Below, one piece after another: positions 46,250 through 56,271 of a DNA stretch of 64,000 bases. The stretch is from NCBI GenBank assembly GCA_963699155.1, contig OY969414.1:2219757-2283756 (forward strand), written 5' to 3'. The notes beneath the pieces are model-generated. The model saw only the letters and a program-made list of their open reading frames with translations, did no database searches and was not told where the DNA came from. The stretch is from an uncultured Chlamydiales bacterium (GTDB lineage Bacteria > Chlamydiota > Chlamydiia > Chlamydiales > JAAKFR01). The position numbers and the translations under genes were made by a program. The first letter of the stretch is position 1, and each line of letters begins with the position of its first letter.

Positions 46250-48946
46250 TCATTCTTCAGGTCTATTATTTGTAAGTTTGGAGGAGAGGCGGCGGTAGTC
46301 GATCTTGCCGGTGCCAAGGAGGGGGATGAAGGGAACTTTTTTGACGGAGCGGATTTTGATGATATTGCTCATGCCGCTATTGCGAAGCACTTGATTGACC
46401 GCATCCAAAGAGGTGTCGAAGATGGTAAAGAGGTGGATTTCGCTCTTTTTGCCATCGACTTCAAGGGCACAGACTGCGAGAGAAGGGGCCTCAGGATCGA
46501 TCTTCCAGCCTTGTTGGGAGCCGATTTGGTGGAGGGTCTCTTCGATGGCAGTGAGGCTGACCATTTCGCCACCGATTTTCACAAAGCGTTTGAGCCGTCC
46601 TGAAAGGGTGAGATAGCCTCGCGTGTCGAAAGAGCCGAGATCCCCTGTCAGGTACCACTCCTTTCCATCTAATGTGACAAATGGAGAGGGGAGATTAGGG
46701 TCTAAATAACCTTTGAAGACATTGGGCCCCTGAGCGAGAACTAAGCCTTGTTGGCCTAAGGGCAAAGGATTCATAGTCTCAGGGTCGACGATGCGGAGCG
46801 TAACTCCTGGTAGCGGCTTGCCTACCCCTTGTGTGGGCTCATCCGGAGGATTTAGAGTCAAAATGGGAGCACACTCAGTGATTCCATAACCTTCACAGAG
46901 GATCGCTCGAGGATTCAGTTCTCGGAGTTTATCGAAGAGCTCAGCGGCGGCCTTTTCGGCACCGGCTACTACTAAACGAAGAGAGGAGAGCTGTTTCGCT
47001 GTCCCTGCACGGAATAAATTTTTTAGAAAGGTGGGCGCGAGGCAAAGAAGGGAAATTTTCCACCGCTCGATCGCTTCTGCGACTCTTTTTCCGTCGGTCG
47101 GGTTGGGCGAGTAGGCTACCCGTATGCCGACGAGAAGGGGAAAAAGACCTGTGACAGAAAAGCCGAACGAATGAAAAGAGGGCAATGCTCCTAATAAGAT
47201 ATCATTTCCCTGCACTGTCGCCATCGCATATGCCCCTCTTTGGTTAGAAAGGATGTTGTCGTGGCTGAGTGGGACTCCTTTAGGATAGCTTTCCGTTCCA
47301 CTCGTGAAGAGAATCACAGCCGTCTCCTCTTTCTGAATGCGATCGGCGCCGAAAGTTTTTAAGAGCGAAGGCGCCTTTTTTTGCGCGCGCAAGAGGGCCC
47401 TTAACTTATCCCAGAGTGTCAGATTTTTTCGAATATCTTCGAGAAGGAGAATGGTGTCATCAAGGCCATTGAGCTCGGCATTATCGAGCCGATCGAGAAA
47501 GCTCCAAGCGCTCAAAGTAAGCGTGATGCCCGATTGTTCGACCACGGAACGTAAGTTTCGCTCGCCGAGTGTCCAATTGATCATGACAGGCACTTTTCCC
47601 GCCAACATCACTGCTAGGACCATGGCATTGACACCAACCGATGCTGGCATCATGATCCCGATCCTTTCAGAGGGCATCTTTCGGATGACTTCGGCCAATA
47701 AGATGACTCCTGTTTTGAGTTTCTTATAACTCATTTCACCTGCCACTAGATCGACACAGGCGATCGACTTGCCCATCCGATCGCAGGTTTTGAGAAAGAC
47801 CTCCGGAATGGTATCTCCGGTAGGATAGTGGTAGTCGGGGCGATTGCGCTCTTTTGCCCAGACGCCCTTCAATTGCTGAGGCTCCACCTCCTCTTCTTTC
47901 CCCGTTTTCAATTTAGCCGCATAGGCGATAACAGAGCCTACGGTCGAAAGATCAGAACTATGGAGAGTCATCACTCCAAATTGATCCTTTAAGGCGACGA
48001 CAAGCTGGGCGATATCTAACGAATCTAAGCCGAGATCGTGAGCCAAATCGCTGTCGTGAGTGATTTCTTTGAGAGGAGTTCTCGTGAGCTTGGCGATCTC
48101 TTCGACCACTTTTTGGTGTATCTCTTCAGGGACATTTTCTAAAGAGAGCTCTTCTCTTTGTTCAGGCTCTTTGATCGAGGGGAATTCGTTTTTAAATCGA
48201 CTAAAGGAGACAAGATTTAAAGGTTCAGAACCCCCAGCATTAAACCATTTTTCCAGATAACGATTCACCTCGATGCGTGAACCTTTCCAGGGAAAATCAG
48301 CGGGTGCAGGCTCACAATGGATGGTCACCTCTCTTCGAGGAGCGAAGAAAATCCCATTCTTGAGCAATACTTTGAACCCATGGAGGAAAGCGCGCAAGAT
48401 TTCTGGAGTCTTGCCTGTCGGGGCCCTGGAAAAGCTACTTCCCCAAAGTCCCCAAGTTCTGATAAGCACCACATTGGCATCTGGGCAGGCTTCTAAGATA
48501 GTTTGAACACCAGAAGCCCCTCCAATCACCTCTTCAGGCCCATTCTTCAATGAGCCAGCAGGATAGATCAATACATTCTCTCTCTTTTTTAAATAGGAGA
48601 AGAGATTCTGGTAGGTCTTTTCGATCTGTCTCCTCTTGTAGCTATTGGAGGAGCCGTCAAAGTTGGGAATAGGTAGAGCGTCGATAAATTGGAGGAGCGA
48701 GCGCACGATCGGCTTACGAAAGAGATAATCGATGGCCACAGGATGGGGTTTAAAGGGATACCAGAAGGTGGTTAAGAGGATCAGGGGATCGATTTCCGCC
48801 GGATGGTTGGCGAGAAAGAGGATCCCTCCTTTTTTTGAGAGCGCTTTCTTAGTCAGCTTCTCTTTTCCCTCTACCTGGATCTGATAGCGCAATTTCAAAA
48901 GAAGGCGCAGATGGAGGTATAATAACCACTCAAGAATCTTTTTCAA
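46250..48946 (-). CDS. aas: acyltransferase / ACP-like / acyl-ACP synthetase fusion
   Basis: NHPAEID acyltransferase, LGLDSL carrier motif, FTSGTESYPKGV, EGYGITE, TGD. Confidence 0.9.
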   Translation of the reverse strand: MKKILEWLLYLHLRLLLKLRYQIQVEGKEKLTKKALSKKGGILFLANHPAEIDPLILLTTFWYPFKPHPVAIDYLFRKPIVRSLLQFIDALPIPNFDGSSNSYKRRQIEKTYQNLFSYLKKRENVLIYPAGSLKNGPEEVIGGASGVQTILEACPDANVVLIRTWGLWGSSFSRAPTGKTPEILRAFLHGFKVLLKNGIFFAPRREVTIHCEPAPADFPWKGSRIEVNRYLEKWFNAGGSEPLNLVSFSRFKNEFPSIKEPEQREELSLENVPEEIHQKVVEEIAKLTRTPLKEITHDSDLAHDLGLDSLDIAQLVVALKDQFGVMTLHSSDLSTVGSVIAYAAKLKTGKEEEVEPQQLKGVWAKERNRPDYHYPTGDTIPEVFLKTCDRMGKSIACVDLVAGEMSYKKLKTGVILLAEVIRKMPSERIGIMMPASVGVNAMVLAVMLAGKVPVMINWTLGERNLRSVVEQSGITLTLSAWSFLDRLDNAELNGLDDTILLLEDIRKNLTLWDKLRALLRAQKKAPSLLKTFGADRIQKEETAVILFTSGTESYPKGVPLSHDNILSNQRGAYAMATVQGNDILLGALPSFHSFGFSVTGLFPLLVGIRVAYSPNPTDGKRVAEAIERWKISLLCLAPTFLKNLFRAGTAKQLSSLRLVVAGAEKAAAELFDKLRELNPRAILCEGYGITECAPILTLNPPDEPTQGVGKPLPGVTLRIVDPETMNPLPLGQQGLVLAQGPNVFKGYLDPNLPSPFVTLDGKEWYLTGDLGSFDTRGYLTLSGRLKRFVKIGGEMVSLTAIEETLHQIGSQQGWKIDPEAPSLAVCALEVDGKKSEIHLFTIFDTSLDAVNQVLRNSGMSNIIKIRSVKKVPFIPLLGTGKIDYRRLSSKLTNNRPEE

Positions 48947-49032
48947 CTAGTCCTCATTCTAAAAATCATCATCCTAACATATCACCTCCTCTTTGTTGAC
49001 AAGATTTTTCTATTACCGCATCTTCTCCATTT

Positions 49033-50010
49033 ATGAACCGCACCTACGACAAGGAAAAAAAAGTTGCTATTGAAGCAGTTATGCAAGCATCAGCATTAGC
49101 ACGCCAGATGCAAGGGCAACTTGCCGCCCTCGATGTGGTGAATAAGGAGGATCTCTCCCCTGTCACCATCACCGACTTTAGCGTGCAAGCCCTCGTCAAC
49201 CGCAACCTGATGGAGTCCTTTCCTGCCGATGAAATTATGGGAGAAGAAGATTCTCTCTTTTTGCGCAGTCCTGAACATAGCCTCATCCGGAAAAAGGTGA
49301 TCGAACAGCTCTCGAAAATTTATCCAGGGATCTCTGAAAACAGCATTCTCGAGGCGATCGATCGCGGAGGCAGCAAAGGGGGAGCGAAGGGCCGTTTTTG
49401 GGTCCTCGATCCCATCGATGGAACACGCGGATTTATTCAAAATGAACCCTATGCCATAGCTCTGGCTCTGATTGAGGAGGGAAAAGTGGTCCTCGGTCTC
49501 CTCGGATGCCCCCGGTCGATTTTCAAGGAGCATCCCAATGGGGGACTTTTTGTCGCCGCTCATGGAGAAGGAACCTCTTTCACTCCTTATGGATCTACTG
49601 AAACCATTCCCCTCAAAGTGAAGAAGTCGGATAAGCTCATCTACTGTGAAGCCCACACCGCTTCAAAAACCCATTCTCATTCGGAAGCATTCGAGATTGC
49701 CAAAAAAATCCATGCCCATCCCCACCCTTTTCGTCTCGATAGCCAATGCAAATATGCCCATGTGGCCATCGGCGATGCGGCGATCTATCTCCGTATTCCT
49801 CTTTCCGGTGTTCGCTCAGAACAAATTTGGGACCATGCCGCGGGAGCAATCGTCGTTGAGGAAGCAGGAGGAAGGGTGAGCGACATGGAGGGAAAGCCTC
49901 TAGACTTTACTCAGGGAACAGCCCTAATCAAAAATCGAGGAATCGTCGCGACCAATGGCTTTGTCCATGACCAGGTGATCGCAGCCATTCGCGAAGTGAA
50001 TCACTTGTGA
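49033..50010 (+). CDS. cysQ: 3'(2'),5'-bisphosphate nucleotidase (HAL2/CysQ type)
   Basis: SPVTITD, WVLDPIDGTRGF, DSQCKY, IWDHAAG. Confidence 0.9.
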   Translation: MNRTYDKEKKVAIEAVMQASALARQMQGQLAALDVVNKEDLSPVTITDFSVQALVNRNLMESFPADEIMGEEDSLFLRSPEHSLIRKKVIEQLSKIYPGISENSILEAIDRGGSKGGAKGRFWVLDPIDGTRGFIQNEPYAIALALIEEGKVVLGLLGCPRSIFKEHPNGGLFVAAHGEGTSFTPYGSTETIPLKVKKSDKLIYCEAHTASKTHSHSEAFEIAKKIHAHPHPFRLDSQCKYAHVAIGDAAIYLRIPLSGVRSEQIWDHAAGAIVVEEAGGRVSDMEGKPLDFTQGTALIKNRGIVATNGFVHDQVIAAIREVNHL

Positions 50011-51098
50011 AACACCGGAGCGATCGTCCGTTTGCCGATACCCTGTTTGAGATTATGCTGGGCCACTTCCTTGGCAACCTGATGGGTCGGTCGATTTTTC
50101 TCTTCCGCAATGGCGAAAATGGTCGAGAGCACATCGTAGATGCGGTCGACATGCTGGCGCGCGATGTTGGGATCAAACCCCTCGGGCTCTATCTCCACAC
50201 AAACGGCTCTCAGTCCTCCCCCATTGATCACATAATCGGGAGCATAGAGAATGCCTCTTTTGGAGAGGGCATCCCCATCAGCATCTGTGAGTAGCTGGTT
50301 ATTGGCTAAGCCTGCAACCGCTTTGCAGCGCAGTTTGGGAATCGAGGTGGGGTTGAGAATAGCGCCTAAAGCACAAGGCACAAATACATCACAAGAGACA
50401 GAGCCAATTTGATCTGGTGGGACTGCCTGGGCTCCAAATTCCCTCACAGCATGCTCGACAGCTGCCGTGTTGATATCGGAGACAATGAGCTGGGCATCGC
50501 CCCAAAATAGCCACTCAGCAATAGGCATCCCCACAGCGCCAAGACCCTGGATAGCAAAGGTTTTTCCAGCCACTGAATCGCTTCCCCAAATCTTTTTACA
50601 GACTGCCTGAATCCCTCGATAACCTCCGAAAGAGGTGAAGCGCGAAGGATCGCCGCTTGATTTCGAGCGCAAAATGCCCACAGCATAGGGTGTCATCTCT
50701 GCGACTTGGGAGAGATCGTTCACAGTCATCCCAATATCTTCGGCACAGATGTAACCTCCTTCAAAAAAGTTGACCGCTTCTGCAAAAGCATGGAGCAGCT
50801 CTTTGGACTTCGGCCTCCGATTATCAGCAAAAATTACACTTTTACCGCCGCCCGTTCCTGTTTCGGAGACAGCCGCTTTATTCGTCATTCCTTCTGCGAG
50901 CCGTAAGACATCCTTTAACCCCTCTTCAAAAGTGGCATAGGGATAGGCTCGGGTACCACCCAAAGCGGGACCTAGACGGGTATCATGGAGAGCGACGAGC
51001 GCATGGAGACCCTTGCTTTCATTTTTAAATTCGACGACGCGTTCAAAGCCATCAATTTTAAGTTCTTTAACTTTCAGCTCACTAGCTAATTTACCCAT
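50001..51098 (-). CDS. ldh: Leu/Phe/Val dehydrogenase
   Basis: GPALGGTR, GGGKSV, AEDIG, GLGAVG, PDYVINGGG. Confidence 0.92.
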   Translation of the reverse strand: MGKLASELKVKELKIDGFERVVEFKNESKGLHALVALHDTRLGPALGGTRAYPYATFEEGLKDVLRLAEGMTNKAAVSETGTGGGKSVIFADNRRPKSKELLHAFAEAVNFFEGGYICAEDIGMTVNDLSQVAEMTPYAVGILRSKSSGDPSRFTSFGGYRGIQAVCKKIWGSDSVAGKTFAIQGLGAVGMPIAEWLFWGDAQLIVSDINTAAVEHAVREFGAQAVPPDQIGSVSCDVFVPCALGAILNPTSIPKLRCKAVAGLANNQLLTDADGDALSKRGILYAPDYVINGGGLRAVCVEIEPEGFDPNIARQHVDRIYDVLSTIFAIAEEKNRPTHQVAKEVAQHNLKQGIGKRTIAPVFHK

Positions 51099-51216
51099 AA
51101 AACCCTTAACTAATAAAAAAAGAAGGTTATTATTTTTCCATCTAAAGCTTTTAAAGTCAACCTTGACTATAGATCTTCAGATGAGTAGACTACCACATCA
51201 AAAAAAGGAAAAAGCA

Positions 51217-51906
51217 ATGAATGAACAGCCTCTCTGGAATTTGATGAATCTTTTTTGTAGATCTCATCCCTGGCATGGAGTTCCCATTGGAAATGATGCG
51301 TCCGATGAAATTCATTGTTACATCGAGATTGTGCCTACCGACACAGTGAAATTTGAACTTGATAAATCGACAGGTCTACTTAAGGCCGATAGACCTCAAA
51401 AATATTCCAACTACTGTCCCACCCTTTATGGACTGATTCCTCAAACCTATGCTGGCAAGCGGGTAGGCGACTATTGTAGCGAAAAGGCAGGGCGCCGAGG
51501 AATTATGGGTGATAAAGACCCTCTCGACATCTGCATCCTCACTGAAAAGCCGATCTTAAGGGGCGATATTTTAGTGACAGCCGTTCCTATCGGTGGCATC
51601 CGTGCCATCGATGGCAATGAGGCGGACGATAAAATCATCGCTGTGATGAAAGGGGATTTTATCTATGGGCATGTCAAAGATATCAGCGAATGTCCCGAAA
51701 ATTTAATCGAACGGCTCAAACACTATTTCCTTACCTACAAAGAATCGGCCGAAGAGCTCTGCAACAAAAGCAAGAGACGGATGGAAATTATAGAGGTCTA
51801 CAATAAAAAACAGGCGATGGAAGTGATCGCTTTAGCCGAAGCTGATTATGATGAACTCTTCCCTGGCAATCGACGACTTCTTAAAGAGTCTTTGAGTAAG
51901 CTGTGA
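51217..51906 (+). CDS. ppa: inorganic pyrophosphatase
   Basis: HPWHG, YGLIPQT, GDKDPLDI, EADDKI. Confidence 0.95.
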   Translation: MNEQPLWNLMNLFCRSHPWHGVPIGNDASDEIHCYIEIVPTDTVKFELDKSTGLLKADRPQKYSNYCPTLYGLIPQTYAGKRVGDYCSEKAGRRGIMGDKDPLDICILTEKPILRGDILVTAVPIGGIRAIDGNEADDKIIAVMKGDFIYGHVKDISECPENLIERLKHYFLTYKESAEELCNKSKRRMEIIEVYNKKQAMEVIALAEADYDELFPGNRRLLKESLSKL

Positions 51907-52301
51907 ACTGACCTACAGAGCTCTTTAGAAGCGGGGAAGGTCGCCCTTTCTGCTGCCTCTTCCAAATGGCACCAGCGGAAATCGGTGATCTCTTCCTCCT
52001 GAATTTTGACCTCACCACTCACCTCAGCAAGAAAATAGATCACTCTCTTATGGACAAGGTCTTCTTGGTAGCGAAATTGATATCTCTCTTCGAGCTCAGG
52101 AAGATCAAAAAAGCGGCTCACTTGTAAACCAGTCTCCTCCTCCAATTCCCTTCTCGCAGCTTCTTGAGGAGCCTCACCGGGATCAGGATGGCCTTTAGGA
52201 AAGCTCCAGTGTCCCTTTCCATGCTGGACCAACAAAACTTCCCAACCCTTTTTCACATAGCGTACAGGAATAATTCCATAAGAGAGATCAGACCTATGCA
52301 T
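51846..52301 (-). CDS. NUDIX hydrolase (Ap4A hydrolase-like)
   Basis: SYGIIP, HWSFPKGHPDPGE...AARRELEEETG Nudix box. Confidence 0.92.
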   Translation of the reverse strand: MHRSDLSYGIIPVRYVKKGWEVLLVQHGKGHWSFPKGHPDPGEAPQEAARRELEEETGLQVSRFFDLPELEERYQFRYQEDLVHKRVIYFLAEVSGEVKIQEEEITDFRWCHLEEAAERATFPASKELCRSVHSLLKDSLRSRRLPGKSSS

Positions 52302-52336
52302 AGAACCCAGAATATAGCATGGAAGGTTAAAAAGCG

Positions 52337-52706
52337 AAAAAACGTGCGCGGGAATGAATGGCCGGTATACCACGTTTCCAACTTGAGTTCGAGGCTAAGG
52401 CCCCCTGCCCAAAGGTCGATCGCGCATTCTCTGGCCAAGCCACGCTGTGGACTTACAGAGAAGGTATCCCGATGAACAACCGCTGCCGGTAACGGTCCTA
52501 GCAAAAGTTGCTAGCAACGACCCATTCATTACCACTTCTCCCCTCACTCGGGCTACTGAGAAGGAACTTCTGTGAACCTCCAGTAGAGTGTCGCAAGCTG
52601 GGCACTCTTTTAGAGACCGAAGCCTCTTGGGAAACACCGTCCCGAGTGCCCTCATACCGGGTGCTTTTGCCCGAGGGGATGCGGAAGCACGTTCCCGCAT
52701 TCACCT
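52337..52706 (-). ncRNA. unidentified ~370-nt structured RNA candidate
   Basis: GC-rich intergenic island with many helices, a C(UUCG)G hairpin, long-range pairings and a 3' U-run; no credible ORF. Confidence 0.65.
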
Positions 52707-52789
52707 ACTTAGACTCTTTTTTCTCATAAAATGTTCATTTTTAAGATTTTGCTTGAATCAAAAAACTATATTTTTTATATTTTTTCCAT

Positions 52790-54181
52790 ATGTCTTTACC
52801 AATTATTTCGTCTAATAAAACTCAATATAGATCCCAAGTTGAAGAACGAATCAAAAAATTAAAGGATGCCCTACAAAAAAGTACCGAAAAAAGAAACTCA
52901 ACTGACAACAAGATCATCGCAGCATTTGAGCCGCTTTTCACAAAGGTCGGTGGTCATCATTTTAGGCAGAAAGTAGAGCTAGAGCTAGAGAAGGGCCTCA
53001 CCGAAAATTGGGATAAAGTTGTCGCCAAAATTCACAGATCAGCTTTAAAAGCCTATCCCTTTTTCCAAAACCATGACTCTATTGGCTTCTGCACGGGGAC
53101 CCAATCTTCGACTGTTATCGGGATGAAACAATGGTCTAGGAAAAATGGACTGCCTCGCCCTGCTCTAGTTCCCACAGGAAGATTGTTGGCTCACCAAGTT
53201 GTTCCCTTAACAGGTGAATTGGGGATGGGGATTGCTTCAAGTGGAATTAACAGAAAATATCTTTCAGGAACCACTCTCGAAGGTTTTGGGACTGCTTACC
53301 GTTACGCACTACCCCTTACTGTCCATCACTATGTTATGGAAAGAGAGTGGACACGCGTACAGAGTTTCAAGTTAGCTGAATATGATTCCTTAAGATTAGA
53401 AATTGCTTGCCTCCGGCTGATCCATTTCGCGACCGATCCAGAGATTGTTAAACGAGCCAAAGAACACATTGCCGAAAAAATTCTTCCCTCTACTCAGCAA
53501 TTGCCGCTACTATGGCTTCTGCGGTTTCGCCTGCTTGTTAATCCTTACAGCATTAAATTATATGCAGATACTACCTCATCTGAAGAGGAGCTAGCCAATA
53601 TTGCGATAGGGACATTAGTGCTATTCGTAACTAATAGCAGACTGAAAACAGGCATGATCCTGGCCCGAAATCCTGATTCTAAAGAATATAGCATCCTCTA
53701 TTACGAAGGAAGTTTCCAGAGCTGTCTGCGTCGCCATAAGGAAGTCACTCTGTTTAATGGAGATTATGACCCATTCGTCCTAGATTACCCGTCGATAAGC
53801 CCTGAACTTTTAGCGAGTGTGAAAGAATTTTTCCCTCTCACCTATCGTCCTGAGCCGCTTCAGGCCATTTTGGCTCTCTTCGACACAGAAAAAAAAGTTG
53901 AATTGTCTGATGAAGAAAGAGTACTTCTCCAGGATCCATTCCCCATTGTTTGGGCAGCGCACCAAGAATTCAATGACGCCCAAGTTACTTCATCGTATTA
54001 CCAAATTGAGCGAGCGGCTGGAAAGGAGCTTCAAGTGGGAACCGATCTCACCTACCTCTTTACCAAAGAGCGTCGCATTCCCCAAATGCGTCAGTGGCTC
54101 CTCCATCAAGAGTGCTCTTCCGTCAAAGTCATGAGCTTCAGCTCTGGTTTATTTATCTCTGCCATGCACTTGCCATCCTAG
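52790..54181 (+). CDS. hypothetical protein (accessory, candidate effector)
   Basis: 463-aa ORF, Ser-rich start, no recognisable domain. Confidence 0.75.
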   Translation: MSLPIISSNKTQYRSQVEERIKKLKDALQKSTEKRNSTDNKIIAAFEPLFTKVGGHHFRQKVELELEKGLTENWDKVVAKIHRSALKAYPFFQNHDSIGFCTGTQSSTVIGMKQWSRKNGLPRPALVPTGRLLAHQVVPLTGELGMGIASSGINRKYLSGTTLEGFGTAYRYALPLTVHHYVMEREWTRVQSFKLAEYDSLRLEIACLRLIHFATDPEIVKRAKEHIAEKILPSTQQLPLLWLLRFRLLVNPYSIKLYADTTSSEEELANIAIGTLVLFVTNSRLKTGMILARNPDSKEYSILYYEGSFQSCLRRHKEVTLFNGDYDPFVLDYPSISPELLASVKEFFPLTYRPEPLQAILALFDTEKKVELSDEERVLLQDPFPIVWAAHQEFNDAQVTSSYYQIERAAGKELQVGTDLTYLFTKERRIPQMRQWLLHQECSSVKVMSFSSGLFISAMHLPS

Positions 54182-54231
54182 GGTCTCAGGAAGGAAAGAT
54201 ATGAAAGATCGCAAGGTCTGAGTACAAAATC

Positions 54232-54577
54232 GGGTGGGAGAGGGGTTCAAGGGGAGGGGGGCGAGCGCCCCGTTCGCAGGCAGGAGTCGCGAGGCGTTAC
54301 CAACATAACATGAAAACAGGAAGAGTTTTACTGCCTCAGGGTTTAACCAGCACCAGGTAGTGCGGGGCCGCGCCGTAGGCGCCCAAGGCCGCAGATTGCA
54401 AAGCCAGATCGCTTCCGGAGCTGAGCCGAAAGGCGTGGAGGGTAGTGCTGTGTACAGCCCCCCGTTCGCAGGCAGGAGTGGCGAGGCATTACTCACGCAA
54501 GATGTAACCTGAGATACTTTCACCGCCTCAGGGTTTAACCAGCACCAGGCAGTGCGGGACCGCGCCGTAGGCGCCCA
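54232..54577 (+). repeat. G-rich arm followed by two ~118-nt direct copies (period 192) of a structured element
   Basis: ccccgttcgcaggcaggagt...ctcagggtttaaccagcaccagg.agtgcggg.ccgcgccgtaggcgccca at 54268-54385 and 54460-54577. Confidence 0.85.
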
Positions 54578-54626
54578 GCGAGGAAGCGATATGGCAAAGC
54601 AAGATGCGGCTCAAGGGGTCGCAGGG

Positions 54627-55994
54627 TAATGCCGTCAAGTTAAGGAAATTTCTATTAGTTTATAAAAAAGTTCATGGCATCTTAGCCCTTATTCATTACC
54701 ACACGAAAAGGAGATGCCATGAAGACGTTCGAGATAGTCTGTAAAAGAATAAATCATCTCATATTGGCCCCTTCCTTTAAAGAGAGATTTCGATCCCGTC
54801 CCGAGGATTTTACTCGCATGCGTTGTCTTTCTTTTGAGCTTATTGTTTTTTCGATTCTCGATCTTGCCAAAAAATGCCTTCAGATTACTTTGAATGAATT
54901 GTTTACTGGAATAGGTCTTAACGCTGTTACAAAATAGGCTTTTTCTCTCTCAAGGCATAAGGTTACGTGGGAGGCTTTCAAAGTATTACACGAAGAGGTA
55001 GTGAATACTTTTTATAGCTCATCCCCTTACAGGCTTTTGTGGGGCAAATATCTAGTCATAGCAATGGATGGAAGCTCCATAACACTCTCTAATTCTAGCG
55101 ATTTAATTGACTATTTTGGAAAGGTCATCAATCAATTTTCAGAATGCTCCATGGGAAGAATTTCGCTTCTTTTTGATGTGCTGAATAAAATTACACTCGA
55201 CGTGCGAATTGTTCCCTGCGAATCTTCAGAAAAAGTCATGGCAATCGAGCATTTGCAGTGGCTTGCTGAGTTTAAGAGAAAGGTGAAGAAAAAGATCGTT
55301 CTTATTTTTGATAGAGGCTATCCATGCACCGGAATTTTTCTACTTCTTCAAAAGCATGGAATTGACTTTGTTTGTAGAGCGCAGTCTAAGGTGAACGGTG
55401 GGCTTATAAGTCAATTGGGCTCACAGAAAGATGGACAAGTGGTAGCAAAGCCAAATAGGGGAAACAAAAAGAAAATACTCAAAACATGGTTTCGGGAAGA
55501 AAAATTGACAAACGAGAGATCAGTATTGAGATGCGTTCGTACATCCAAAAAAGATATTTATTTAACTTCGCTAAAAAAGATAAAGCCTAAACAAGTAAAG
55601 AACTTATATTTAAAAAGATGGGGAATAGAACTTGACTATCGAACAATAAAAGCTGACACATTACTGGAAAACTTTAGTGGGCGGAAGCCAAACACCATTT
55701 TTCAAGAGATCTATGCAACAGTGATAATTCAAAACCTGGCAAGAATACTTGAGTTCGATCTCAGTAAGAGGTGTGCAAAAGGGCGATTCCCTAATCATCG
55801 AGAAGTTTTGGGAATAATAAGACTAGTTTTAAGGAATATGCATCTGAAAAAAAAGCCCTTGGTAGATATTTTGAGGCAAATAAAGATAAATTGGGAAAGA
55901 GAAAGGAAGGGAAGAAAATGTCCTAGGCCTATAGCTGATTATAGGCTCAAGACTAGGTTTACAAGGCTTTGTTATGCTTAACTTGACGGCATTA
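54627..55994 (+). mobile_element. IS4-family insertion sequence
   Basis: Perfect 18-bp TIR taatgccgtcaagttaag; 10-bp target duplication ggtcgcaggg/ggtcgcgggg (9/10); AT-rich interior. Confidence 0.93.
54719..55981 (+). pseudogene. IS4 transposase with in-frame TAG at 54935-54937
   Basis: The two track ORFs share a frame (VTK*AFSLSRHK); IAMDGS, IFDRGY, YLKRWGIELDYRTIK (YREK motif). Confidence 0.9.
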
Positions 55995-56120
55995 GGTCGC
56001 GGGGGGTGGTGCTGACACGAAGTGACGCACCCCACCCGACATGTCTATAAGCTGCCATTTAAGATCGATGCTTTGTCTTGGGCAAATATTCTCGCGGAGT
56101 CGACAGATCTCTCCCAAAAA

Positions 56121-56264
56121 TGGGTGGGAGAGGGGTTTAAGGGGAGGGGGGAAGCCCCGCATTGCCTGAGGCTGGTTAAACCCTGAGTTCGTGAAAGCAT
56201 TTCGGATTACATCTTGCGGGAGTAATGCCTCGCTACTCTTGCCTACGAACGGGGCGCCCTCCCC
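56121..56264 (-). repeat. G-rich arm enclosing an inverted third copy of the 100-nt element
   Basis: 56155-56254 aligns in reverse complement to 54268-54367 and 54460-54559. Confidence 0.85.
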
Positions 56265-56271
56265 TTTCATT

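Noticed and set aside
52337..52706. RNase P RNA, tmRNA or SRP RNA; also the short ORFs here
   Set aside because: No GAGGAAAGUCC or matching P4 partner, no tRNA-like ends, no SRP domain IV motif; the overlapping short ORFs have no protein-like features.
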